NCBI GenBank assembly: GCA_035687245.1
Contig: DASRYH010000019.1
Location: forward strand, 11,733-75,732
DNA: 64,000 nt
Reading direction: 5' to 3'
Origin: Coriobacteriia bacterium
GTDB taxonomy: Bacteria > Actinomycetota > Coriobacteriia > Anaerosomatales > PHET01
This document shows, in pieces, positions 1 through 8,844 of this stretch. Position 1 is the first letter of the stretch. The number at the start of each line of letters is the position of its first letter. The notes below the pieces were generated by a model that was not told where the DNA came from, did not search any database, and was given only the letters and a program-made list of their open reading frames with translations. The translations under genes and the position numbers were made by a program.

Positions 1-658
1 GGTAGATGGCGTCGAAGACGTCGGGCGCCTCGATTCCCAGAACGCCCGTGCTCGAGCTGCGGCCACACCACTCCGACGGCTGGCCGAAGAGCATGCGCAT
101 GTAGTCGATCTCGTGTGAGAGGTCCAATCCCACGCCGCCACCACGCCCTGAGGCGCTGTATGAGGCCTCGTGAGGCCTGTTGGGCCGCCAATCCGGCAAC
201 CACTGCCCGACTTCGATCCGGGCGAACAGAGGCGTCCCCAGAGCGCCGTCGCGCATAGCACCCTCGATCTCGCGCATGACGCCTAGGAGGCGCAGGTTGT
301 AGGCGACGCGCGCTACGACCCCGCGCGCGCGAACCGCGAGACACAGCGAAACGACGTCGGAGTCGAGCTCGACGGCTATTGGCTTCTCGACGAGCAGGTG
401 AGTGCCGGCCTCCACGAGCTGCGCGGCAGTGCCCACGTGCAGGTCGCTGTTGTTGGCGATGACCGCGAAGGGCGCCGCGTCTGCCGGCAACTCGGGCACG
501 ACGCTCACACGCGTATCGGCGAAGGCCTCGACGTCGCCCACATCACGCTTGGTGACTACCTCGACGGTGCCTACGCCCAAGGCGAGCAGGTTGCGGACGT
601 GGCGCTGGGCGATAGAGCCGCTGCCGACGACGAGTGCGCGGTCGGGTACCACGCTCAT
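1..658 (-). CDS. Gfo/Idh/MocA-family NAD(P)-dependent oxidoreductase (partial; C-terminus runs off the left edge)
   Basis: Absent from the ORF track because it is open at the window edge. My translation from the ATG at 658-656 gives MSVVPDRALVVGSGSIAQRHVRNLL... (Rossmann GxGxxA) and later ...AGTHLLVEKPIAVELDS (the EKP family hallmark). Start overlaps the upstream SDR stop (ATGA). Confidence 0.75.
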   Translation of the reverse strand, partial: MSVVPDRALVVGSGSIAQRHVRNLLALGVGTVEVVTKRDVGDVEAFADTRVSVVPELPADAAPFAVIANNSDLHVGTAAQLVEAGTHLLVEKPIAVELDSDVVSLCLAVRARGVVARVAYNLRLLGVMREIEGAMRDGALGTPLFARIEVGQWLPDWRPNRPHEASYSASGRGGGVGLDLSHEIDYMRMLFGQPSEWCGRSSSTGVLGIEAPDVFDAIY

Positions 659-1416
659 CGGGCCGTCCAGCCGCCGTCGATGACGAGGTTGTGGCCAGTG
701 ACGAAGGACGCGGCGTCGGAGGCGAGAAAGACGGTGCCGCCGACCATGTCTTGGGGCCGTCCCATTCGGCGAAGCGGAGTGAGCTCTGAGTAGCGCTTCA
801 CGAACGACTCGGCCTGCGCGTCCTCCACGCCGCCGGGGGAGAGACAGTTGCAGCGCACGCCTGCGGGGCCGTAGTAGGTGGCGAACAGGCGGGTGAGGTT
901 GATGATGCCGCCCTTGATGGCGGCGTATGCGCTGGGCATCGTCATCGAGGTGCCGTCGTAGACCTCGTAGCTGGGTCCGACGATCCCATAGATCGAGGCG
1001 ATGTTGATGACCGAACCGCTGCCGGCCTTCGCCATGCGCTCGGCTGCCTCACGCGAGGTGAGGAAGTAGCCGCCGAGGTGCATGTCGAGGTTCTCGGTCC
1101 ACGACCCGAACGACTCGGTGGCGAGCGGAGCGCCCCAGTCGGAGGTGCGTGGGTAGGCGGAGTTCACGAGGATGTCGAGGCTTCCGCTCGTCTCGATGAC
1201 GCGATCGAGAGCGGCGGCGACGGACTCCTCAGAGGTGATGTCGATCTGGAGATAGCGGGCGTCGTCGGGGCTTTCGGCGATGTCGGCCGCCCACACATCG
1301 GCGCCGGCAGCGCGCAGCCCTGCGCAGATCTCGCGGCCCAGAAGTCCCAGGCCGCCGGTGACGACTGCCGTCTTGCCAGCGCAGGAGAAAAGCCCGTCGT
1401 AGGACGCGTCAGTCAT
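655..1416 (-). CDS. short-chain dehydrogenase/reductase (SDR)
   Basis: ORF 655..1500 trimmed to the ATG at 1416 (MTDASYDGLFSCAGKTAVVTGGLGLLG). Shows the TGxxxGxG cofactor motif, NSAYPR, and catalytic YAAIKGG (YxxxK). The upstream part of the ORF looks non-coding. Confidence 0.85.
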   Translation of the reverse strand: MTDASYDGLFSCAGKTAVVTGGLGLLGREICAGLRAAGADVWAADIAESPDDARYLQIDITSEESVAAALDRVIETSGSLDILVNSAYPRTSDWGAPLATESFGSWTENLDMHLGGYFLTSREAAERMAKAGSGSVINIASIYGIVGPSYEVYDGTSMTMPSAYAAIKGGIINLTRLFATYYGPAGVRCNCLSPGGVEDAQAESFVKRYSELTPLRRMGRPQDMVGGTVFLASDAASFVTGHNLVIDGGWTAR

Positions 1417-1516
1417 GTGAGCCCCTCGTGACAGCCCGTCCGCGTGACGGGTCGCGAAAAAGTATACCAAGCACCAGCGGCCGTACTTGCTGCGACGCAA
1501 GACGTGCGGTCGTCGC

Positions 1517-3202
1517 CTAGTACTCGGGAATCTGCGGCGGCACTTGGTAGTCCACGAGCGGCTGTCCGGGCTTCCACGAGTAGGGCAGCGAGGTCAGCTT
1601 GATGCTGTGGGCGAGTTCCTTGCGAAGGCGTGCCCGGTCCGTCCAGTCCAGGAGCATGTAGCGCACCACGGTCTTGGAGGACGTGAGGTCGGGCTTTCCT
1701 TCGGCGATGGTCACCACGATGTCGGGGGAGTGGAGGGTCCAGTCCTTGAGGTTGTAGTACTGGTTGTGGTCGAGCGCCCTGAACCCGGTCGGGAAGGTGT
1801 CCGGGATGTACTTGAAGTGCGCGCGCTCGATGCCCCAGCGGCTCTGGTCGCCGAAGACCTGGGCCATCATGCCGCTGTACTCGTAGTGCTGCCGTCCGGA
1901 CCGGTGGCCGGCGTTCCAGTCTTCGGTACGGTCCACGAACAGGATTGTGTGCGCCGCTTTGATCTGCGGGTTGACCCGGAAGGCCTCCATCATCGCCTGC
2001 TCTTTGAGCCACTCGCGCTCGTAGCCTATGTAGCTCTGGAGATGTACGGCGGTGAAGTAGCCCATCGTGAAGGCGAGCGCGACGCTGATCAGAACCCGCC
2101 CGTACTTCCAGCGGCCCCGGGCGTGACCCTGTGCGATCGCGACGATGATCGCGCCCCAGCCGATAGGTGTGAGCAGCTGGTGACGGCTCTCGAAGCCGGA
2201 GAACATCGGGATCTTGCCCACCGCTGCGTACGGAGCTACCGCTAGCAGCACCAGAAGCAGGCCCGAGTCCAGCAGCCAGATGTCGGATGCGTTGTGCTCG
2301 AGACTCCAGCGCCGCCACGCCCACAGGCTGAGCGGCACCATCACGATGCAGGCCGCTACCAGCGCCAATCGTTCCGGTGTTACCTGGGTCCACACGATTG
2401 AGATGGGGTTCGAGTGCACGATGCCCGACCACAGGACGTCGGAGAGCTGCGTGTCTTGAGAGAGAAACTGGTTGTAGTCGGCGTAGAGTCCCCGCGGCTG
2501 GAACCAGAGCTTCGTCATGACGAAGAAGAGAAACGGCATGACCAGCTCGCCCGTGTAGGCGAGCAGCCGCTTGATGACGTCGAGCAGCTTCCACGACGCC
2601 GGCGGGTCTGCCATGAGGAAGACGATCGGCATGAAGCCCGAAAGCACGAGAAGTGAGCGCGTGTGGTAGGAGAGGAAGAGCAGCACGACTGCTGCGACGT
2701 GTACCCACCACTTCGGCTTGGGTGAGAAGCGGACGTTGAGCCAGATAGCGCCGAGGAAGAACATCAGGCACAGGCTGTAGGCGGTCATCACGAGCGCTTC
2801 TCGCGAGGTGAAGCCGGGGTAGACGGCGAAGAGCGCCGCGATCCAGAAGGCGGTCGAATCCGTCATCTTCGGCAGGCGCCGTACGATGCCGAAAAGCAGC
2901 AGGGTCGCCACGAGCAGGCCGGCAAACGAAAGCAGTCTGCCGAACGTGATGCCGAACTGGCTGTAGAAGATCCAGTGGTTGATGTTGGTGGGCCAGACCG
3001 AGCCCATGTCGCGGCTGACTTCGGCGACGAGCTGCTTGTCCTGCTGCCAGAAGACCCAGTCGTCCCAGAACAGGCCGCGGTCGAGCAGCCCGAGGGAGTG
3101 GGTGAGGAAGTAGATTAGCGTCAGGAAGGCGTGCGGCGCCCACGCAGCGATACTGCGCGGGTTGCTCTGACTTGTTGCCTCAGGTACCGGCTGGGACGCC
3201 AA
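1517..3202 (-). CDS. polytopic membrane protein, putative GT-C-fold glycosyltransferase (paralog of 6219..7814)
   Basis: 561 aa with many hydrophobic helices and an acidic first-loop motif GLFWDDW. Shares PRGLYADYN, PYAAVGKIP, SRHQLLTP and YEREWLKEQ with the 6219..7814 protein. Has a hydrophilic C-terminal domain of about 170 aa. The competing 576-aa ORF 1413..3143 is R/P/A-rich junk. Confidence 0.7.
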   Translation of the reverse strand: MASQPVPEATSQSNPRSIAAWAPHAFLTLIYFLTHSLGLLDRGLFWDDWVFWQQDKQLVAEVSRDMGSVWPTNINHWIFYSQFGITFGRLLSFAGLLVATLLLFGIVRRLPKMTDSTAFWIAALFAVYPGFTSREALVMTAYSLCLMFFLGAIWLNVRFSPKPKWWVHVAAVVLLFLSYHTRSLLVLSGFMPIVFLMADPPASWKLLDVIKRLLAYTGELVMPFLFFVMTKLWFQPRGLYADYNQFLSQDTQLSDVLWSGIVHSNPISIVWTQVTPERLALVAACIVMVPLSLWAWRRWSLEHNASDIWLLDSGLLLVLLAVAPYAAVGKIPMFSGFESRHQLLTPIGWGAIIVAIAQGHARGRWKYGRVLISVALAFTMGYFTAVHLQSYIGYEREWLKEQAMMEAFRVNPQIKAAHTILFVDRTEDWNAGHRSGRQHYEYSGMMAQVFGDQSRWGIERAHFKYIPDTFPTGFRALDHNQYYNLKDWTLHSPDIVVTIAEGKPDLTSSKTVVRYMLLDWTDRARLRKELAHSIKLTSLPYSWKPGQPLVDYQVPPQIPEY

Positions 3203-3312
3203 AGCGCCGACTCCTCATCTGGTTCGCGACATCTCGTGACCGCAGACATCGTAGGCGAAACGCCGGGCTCGCGCGCGCGACGTCACCCGATTGATGCATT
3301 CGGTGCGAAGCC

Positions 3313-3867
3313 CTAGGACGCGGGACTACTCGCGGCTTCCTCGTCCGGGTCATCGGGGAGAATCGCGACCTCTGCGGCCGCCTTGAGCGGCCGGAACGTG
3401 AAGTACTTGTGCCCGACGTAGCTGAAGATGACCTGGACGGCGGTGGTGGCGATTGCGCCGATCTGCGGGATCAGTCCCACGACCTGCACGAAGAACCACA
3501 GAAGGCCGGTGCCTATCCACTGCGAGGGAAGGTAGACGAAGTACGCCTTACCGACCTCATGCAGCGCGTTGCCTTTGCTCTTGAAGACGAGGTACTTCAT
3601 GGTCAGCGTGCTCTGGGGCACGGCGGCAATCCAGCCGATCCAGCCGCATACCAGGTAGTAGTTGTCGCCCAACCAGTAGATCCAGCCGGTGTCAGAGGTC
3701 TTGAGGGTCTGGACAGTGGGCCCGACGAGCTTGAGCAGTAGAAGGAAGAGGGCGTAGCTGAACGTGGTGTTCCACACACCCACGACCAGATAGCGCAGCT
3801 TCTCTTGGTGCGTCTCAGCCAGCGCCTTGAGGCGCGTGACGAGCGATGGTTTCTCGGTCACGTCCAT
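3313..3867 (-). CDS. GtrA-family small membrane protein (putative polyprenyl-phosphate-sugar translocase)
   Basis: ORF 3313..4086 trimmed to the ATG at 3867 (MDVTEKPSLV...). KLRYLVVGVWNTTFSYALFLLLLKL is a typical GtrA-like N-terminus. About 4 TM helices, 184 aa. Confidence 0.8.
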   Translation of the reverse strand: MDVTEKPSLVTRLKALAETHQEKLRYLVVGVWNTTFSYALFLLLLKLVGPTVQTLKTSDTGWIYWLGDNYYLVCGWIGWIAAVPQSTLTMKYLVFKSKGNALHEVGKAYFVYLPSQWIGTGLLWFFVQVVGLIPQIGAIATTAVQVIFSYVGHKYFTFRPLKAAAEVAILPDDPDEEAASSPAS

Positions 3868-4088
3868 GTTTGTGCGGAATCCTCCGGGACGGGTTCGGGT
3901 GTGCGCCGAAGGCGAGCTGCCGTTTGCCTGAATCGCGCGCGCTGACACACTACCAGAGTGGGCTTGTGGGCGGCGACGACGGGCGGCTGACGTAGACATT
4001 AGTGGTAGACTGCCCGAGGTCCCGCTCGAAGTGCGCTTTGGGCGCGAAGGACCGCTGTCGCACTGAGGGAAACGAGGAAGCGGCACCC

Positions 4089-5030
4089 ATGGCGAAGAAG
4101 CTCATCAGTATCGTCACGCCCTGCTACAACGAAGAAGGCAACGTCATCCCGCTCTACGAGCGAGTGAAGGCGGTCTTCGACCAGCTGCCGGACTACGACT
4201 TCGAGTACATCTTCGCCGACAACGCCTCCACCGACGGCACCGAGCGTGAGCTGCGCCAGATCGCGGCCGCCGACAAGCGCGTGAAGGTCATCTTCAACAT
4301 GCGCAACTTCGGCCACATCCGCTCGCCGTACAACGCGCTCATGCAGGCCAAGGGCGACGCCGTTGTCGCCATGGTCGCCGACTTGCAGGACCCGCCAGAG
4401 ATGATTACGGAGTTCCTCGCCAAGTGGGAGGAAGGCTACCCGATCGTGCTCGGACAGAAGGTAGGCAGCGAGGAGTCGTGGCTGCTCTACATGCTGCGCA
4501 CGATCTACTACAAGATGGTGCGGCGCTTCGCCGACGTGGAGCTGCTCGAGCACGTGACCGGCTTCGGCGTATACGACCGCGTGGTCATGGAGCAGCTTCG
4601 CGCTCTGAACGACCCGTACCCCTACGTGCGTGGACTCATCTCCGAGTTCGGCTACCCCGTGGCGCGCATCCCCTACGAGCAGAAGAAGCGCGCCGTCGGC
4701 GTCACGAAGAACAACTTCTACACGCTCTACGACATGGCGATGCTGGGCTTCACGAGCCACTCTAAGGTGCCGTTGCGTCTCGCTGCGATGCTGGGCTTTG
4801 CCAGTGCGACAATGAGTCTGGTCGCGGGCGTGGCGTTTCTCGTCTACAAGCTGATGAACTGGACCGAGGTCTCCTTCGGCACCGCGCCCCTGGCGATCGG
4901 CCTGTTCTTCCTCTCGTCAGTGCAGCTGCTGTTCCTCGGAATCGTTGGCGAGTACGTGGGCGCGATCCACACGCAGATTCAGCAGCGCCCGCTCGTGGTC
5001 GAGCGCGAGCGTCTCAACTTCGACGAGTAG
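4089..5030 (+). CDS. GT2 polyprenyl-phosphate glycosyltransferase (GtrB/ArnC/DPM1-like)
   Basis: ORF 4002..5030 trimmed to the ATG at 4089, with a GAGGAAG RBS upstream. ISIVTPCYNEEGNV, FADNASTDGT and VAMVADLQDPPEMI (the DxD-region signature of this subfamily) are present, plus two C-terminal TM helices. Confidence 0.9.
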   Translation: MAKKLISIVTPCYNEEGNVIPLYERVKAVFDQLPDYDFEYIFADNASTDGTERELRQIAAADKRVKVIFNMRNFGHIRSPYNALMQAKGDAVVAMVADLQDPPEMITEFLAKWEEGYPIVLGQKVGSEESWLLYMLRTIYYKMVRRFADVELLEHVTGFGVYDRVVMEQLRALNDPYPYVRGLISEFGYPVARIPYEQKKRAVGVTKNNFYTLYDMAMLGFTSHSKVPLRLAAMLGFASATMSLVAGVAFLVYKLMNWTEVSFGTAPLAIGLFFLSSVQLLFLGIVGEYVGAIHTQIQQRPLVVERERLNFDE

Positions 5031-5064
5031 GCCGACGAGGACGGGCGGGGGGCCAGGCTCGGTC

Positions 5065-6222
5065 ATGGGCAAGCTTGCCGACGTGCAGAAGCTGCGCGCA
5101 TTCGCGGTGTTCATGGTGCTCTTCGGCCATTTGCCCTTCACCATGCCCAACATCCTCATCCACGGCTACACCGGCGTTAGCCTCTTCTTCGTGATCTCGG
5201 GCTACGTGGTGACGCTGAGCATCCTTCGCAAGCCACCTGCAGGCAGGTTCTTCGACCGGCGCAACGTCGCGTGGCTGCGCGACTTCTACCTCCGCCGCAT
5301 CTTCCGCCTGCTCCCCGTCGCTGTGATCTGGGTGCTGATCTACTTCTGCATCGGGCAGTTCATCTCGGCCTTTGGCGGTAGCTACGGCGACATGAGCCGT
5401 TGGGCGAACGAGATCAAGTGGTTCGGGCTCGGCATCTACAACTACGGATACGCCGCGTCTCACATGCCCGGTCTGTTCGGACACTACTGGTCGCTCGCGG
5501 TGGAGACGCACTTCTACTTGATACTGCCGATACTCCTGCTCGTGCTGAGCAAACGGAGCTACCGGATCGGCATGTGCGTGCTCGCCATACTGCTTGTGTC
5601 GACGTGGCTGCGCATGATCACGCCGAGCGAGTCGATCGGTCTGCTGACCCACACGCAGGCCGACGCGCTCTTCTCGGGCGTGCTGATGGCGCTTGTCTTC
5701 TCGGGCGGCGACGATCCGTTCTCGCAGCTATTCGGCAAGCTGGAAGAGCGCCTCCCACAGCTGGTCAAGAACGCCGTGTCGCTCTCGCTGCTGGGGGCGC
5801 TGTTCGTGCTGCCGTCGTGGATGGACACGCGCGTTGAACCGATCCTCAAGTATCCGGTCTTCACCGCGCTCGCGGTCGTGATCGTCTTTCTCGCGCAGCG
5901 CGAGGCCGGGTGGATCGCCGGCGGTTCGAGAGCGGTGGATACGGCCTTGCTCTACGTTGGCGACCGTTCGTATTCGCTCTACGTGTCCCACGTGATCCTG
6001 TACTCAGGGGTCTACGTCTTCGTGACCGCCAAGTACGCCGCGGCGATGCCGACATGGATCACCCAGACTGCATCAGGAGTGGCTGCCCAGGCTGCCTTCT
6101 TGGTCCTTGCCGCGGTGGCGGTCGCCGCGTTCTCGTACCGCTACATCGAGCAGCCCTACATCGACTTCGGCAAGAAGGTCATCCGAGGGCTCGACGAGCG
6201 CTCAGCTCAGGCGGCCGCCTAG
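5065..6222 (+). CDS. acyltransferase family 3 (integral-membrane O-acyltransferase)
   Basis: ORF 4945..6222 trimmed to the ATG at 5065 (MGKLADVQKLRAFAVFMVLFGHLP). Has the AT3-type N-terminal R..A...V...H motif, about 10 TM helices, and HYWSLAVETHFYL. Confidence 0.85.
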   Translation: MGKLADVQKLRAFAVFMVLFGHLPFTMPNILIHGYTGVSLFFVISGYVVTLSILRKPPAGRFFDRRNVAWLRDFYLRRIFRLLPVAVIWVLIYFCIGQFISAFGGSYGDMSRWANEIKWFGLGIYNYGYAASHMPGLFGHYWSLAVETHFYLILPILLLVLSKRSYRIGMCVLAILLVSTWLRMITPSESIGLLTHTQADALFSGVLMALVFSGGDDPFSQLFGKLEERLPQLVKNAVSLSLLGALFVLPSWMDTRVEPILKYPVFTALAVVIVFLAQREAGWIAGGSRAVDTALLYVGDRSYSLYVSHVILYSGVYVFVTAKYAAAMPTWITQTASGVAAQAAFLVLAAVAVAAFSYRYIEQPYIDFGKKVIRGLDERSAQAAA

Positions 6223-7814
6223 TTCCCGCTCTCGTCAACGGGCATCGGCATGCTCTGGTAGGCGAGCACGCTGGGCACGATCCGCTCGAACTTGTCGTGC
6301 GCGAAGACCTCACGCGCAAGCAGCCCGAGTACCGCGCGGTCGCTATCCAGGCTCTTCGTTCCCGGATCGAGGATGAGCTGGTAGCGGTCGATCGGCTGGT
6401 GCCAACCGGTCCAGTGATACTGCTCGTAGGGGAGGAAGCGGGGAAGCTGCGCAGCGTAGCGCGGCGAGAGCGTCTCGTCGACAAGGAATCGCGTGGGTTC
6501 GCCGAAGACGGTGTAGGCCATGGCCGAAAACTCGTACGGGAGTATTCGGCGGCGATTCACCATCAACGAGGTGGTGTTGTCGCGGATGACGAAGAGGTTG
6601 CCGCGGCGCACGTTCGCGTCGGACGCCATGTGGCGCATGAGCGAGACCTGCTTGTACCAGTCACGCTGGTAGTCGATGCAGGTCGTGATGTCTGCCGCGA
6701 CGAACGCGATGAGGAAGCCGAAGAGTACCAGCACGAGGCTTCGCTGCTTGAGCCGGAGGAGCGTGCCGGCCAGCAGTACGATCGAGCACACAATGAGCGC
6801 CGCCGCGAGGGGAACCAGCAGCTGGTGACGGCTGTCCCACCATTCGGGGCCCGATGTCTGCGGGACTTTGCCCACCGCAAGGTAGGGAAAGACGGCGAGC
6901 ACGAAGCTGAGCACACCTAGCGCGAACAGGGCGATCGGCTCCCGCACGTCGCGATCGAGCCGCTTGCCCGTCCGGCGTGCGGCAAGGGCCACGATGAGTG
7001 CGACGAGCACCGCCGCGGCTACAGCGGGCCATGCCACCACGAGCGGCTGCAGCAGGGACTGCCACGTCGACGTCCACCAGTGGGAAAGGCCTTCAGCCAC
7101 CGCCTCGGCTGTGATCTCGTTGTAGCCGGCGTAGAGCCCCGACGGAGCCAGCCACTTGAGCTGGATGAACCACGAAGCGAACGGCAGAACGGCGAAGCCG
7201 GCGTAGCGGGCGAAAACCCCCGTGCGAGACCGACCGTCTCTGAGCTCGGCGCGCGTCTGCCATAGCAGGTAGATCCCGACCAACGCGAAGAACATCAGCA
7301 GTGACTTCGTGGTGAGCATCGCGAAGACGAAGAGCGCAGCCGACACGATTCGGCGAGGTAGGCGAGGGTTCTCGAGGTCTTGTGCGAGCAGGAGCCATGC
7401 ATAGTAGAAGACGGCCACTGACACGGTGTACTGCAAGTCGATGTGCGCGATTCGCGCGGCGTTGACCGGGAACACGGCGAAGACGAGCGGGACCATCCAC
7501 TGCACGACCGGCGAGAGTTCCGCGACGCGCCGAAGGATGCGGTTAAGGAACAGCGCGCTTGCGAGGAACAGCACGAAAGTCAGTGCGTGGCCGAGGTACC
7601 ATCCGCCGCGCATGTTGCCCAGCGCGACCCAGTACACGGGCTGCCAGAACTGCCCGTTCATCGCGCCCCAAGAGACAGCGCCCTTCCACGAAAGCCCCGT
7701 CAGGCACCAGTCATCCCAGTACAGCCCGCCGTTGAAGAGCATGAGCGCCCAGGCCGCAGAGTAGACGCAGGTGATAGCCAGCGTCTGGCCGTCGAACTTA
7801 CGAGCGCTCGTCAT
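6219..7814 (-). CDS. polytopic membrane protein, putative GT-C-fold glycosyltransferase (paralog of 1517..3202)
   Basis: ORF 6219..7922 trimmed to the ATG at 7814 (MTSARKFDGQTLAITCVY...). Carries GLYWDDW, PSGLYAGYN, PYLAVGKVP, SRHQLLVP and YQRDWYKQ, collinear with the 1517..3202 protein. The start lies 17 nt inside the rmlB 3' end. Confidence 0.7.
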   Translation of the reverse strand: MTSARKFDGQTLAITCVYSAAWALMLFNGGLYWDDWCLTGLSWKGAVSWGAMNGQFWQPVYWVALGNMRGGWYLGHALTFVLFLASALFLNRILRRVAELSPVVQWMVPLVFAVFPVNAARIAHIDLQYTVSVAVFYYAWLLLAQDLENPRLPRRIVSAALFVFAMLTTKSLLMFFALVGIYLLWQTRAELRDGRSRTGVFARYAGFAVLPFASWFIQLKWLAPSGLYAGYNEITAEAVAEGLSHWWTSTWQSLLQPLVVAWPAVAAAVLVALIVALAARRTGKRLDRDVREPIALFALGVLSFVLAVFPYLAVGKVPQTSGPEWWDSRHQLLVPLAAALIVCSIVLLAGTLLRLKQRSLVLVLFGFLIAFVAADITTCIDYQRDWYKQVSLMRHMASDANVRRGNLFVIRDNTTSLMVNRRRILPYEFSAMAYTVFGEPTRFLVDETLSPRYAAQLPRFLPYEQYHWTGWHQPIDRYQLILDPGTKSLDSDRAVLGLLAREVFAHDKFERIVPSVLAYQSMPMPVDESGN

Positions 7815-8844
7815 ACCACCGCGACTTCCAGTCGGCGAACTCGTCGGTCTGGTGCTTGATCTTGTGCCACCACGACTCGCTGTCGCGGTACCACCGGATC
7901 GTCTCGCGAAGTCCGGCCTCAAAGTCGACAGTGGGCGCCCATCCCAGCTCTGCGCGTGCGCGCTCGCAGCTGATGGAGTAGCGCCGGTCGTGGCCGGGAC
8001 GGTCGGTGACCTGGCGAACGCTCTCGTCCCAGGACAGGCCCAGCTCGTCGAGGATGATCGCGGTGATCTCGCGGTTCGTGCGCTCGTTGCCGCCGCCGAT
8101 GTTGTAGACCTGCCCCGGCTCGCCAGCGAGCAGTGCCGCCTCGATGCCGTCGGCGTGATCGTCTACATGCAGCCAGTCGCGGACGTTGAGGCCGTCACCG
8201 TACAGCGGCAGCTTCTCGCCTTCGATCGCGTTGGTCACAAACAGCGGGATGAGCTTCTCGGGGTACTGGTAGGGCCCGTAGGTGTTGCTTCCGCGCGTGA
8301 TAAGCGCTGGCGTGCCGAAAGTCGTGTGATACGCCAGCACCTGCAGGTCGCCGCCGGCCTTGCTGGCTGAGTACGGGCTCGACGGGTTGATGCGGTCGGT
8401 TTCGCAGAAGGAGCCCTCCTCAATCGATCCGTAGACCTCGTCGGTCGAGACCTGCACCATGCGGCTGATGCCGCGCTCGCGCACCGCTTCGAGCAGCGCA
8501 TGCGTGCCGAAGATGTCGGTTCGAAGAAACGACTCGGGATCGTCGATCGAGCGATCGACGTGGGTTTCAGCTGCGAAGTTGACGATTGCATCGACACCGC
8601 CGGCACCGTCGATAGCCGCTGCGACCTCGTTGGCATCGCAGATGCATCCGCGCATGAACGTGTAGCGAGGGTCTTCGGCGACCGGGGCCAGATTCTCGAG
8701 ATTGCCGGCGTAGGTGAGCTTGTCGAAGACGACGATCTGCCAACCGGGATGCTTGTCCAACATGCGCCGCACGAATGCGGAGCCGATGAAGCCAGCACCG
8801 CCGCACACGAGCAGCTTCATCGAGTTGCGGTCCGTTGCGGTCAT
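7798..8844 (-). CDS. rmlB: dTDP-glucose 4,6-dehydratase
   Basis: MKLLVCGGAGFIGSAFVRRML..., FDKLTYAGNLENL, YSASKAGGD (YxxxK) and DRPGHDRRY are present. The ATG at 8844 overlaps the rmlA stop (ATGA). An alternative start is at 8820. Confidence 0.9.
   Translation of the reverse strand: MTATDRNSMKLLVCGGAGFIGSAFVRRMLDKHPGWQIVVFDKLTYAGNLENLAPVAEDPRYTFMRGCICDANEVAAAIDGAGGVDAIVNFAAETHVDRSIDDPESFLRTDIFGTHALLEAVRERGISRMVQVSTDEVYGSIEEGSFCETDRINPSSPYSASKAGGDLQVLAYHTTFGTPALITRGSNTYGPYQYPEKLIPLFVTNAIEGEKLPLYGDGLNVRDWLHVDDHADGIEAALLAGEPGQVYNIGGGNERTNREITAIILDELGLSWDESVRQVTDRPGHDRRYSISCERARAELGWAPTVDFEAGLRETIRWYRDSESWWHKIKHQTDEFADWKSRWYDERS

Noticed and set aside
1413-3143. 576-aa ORF in an alternative frame on the same strand as 1517..3202
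   Set aside because: It is an R/P/A/L-rich low-complexity translation. The 561-aa frame gives clean TM helices and is paralogous to 6219..7814, so only that frame is called.
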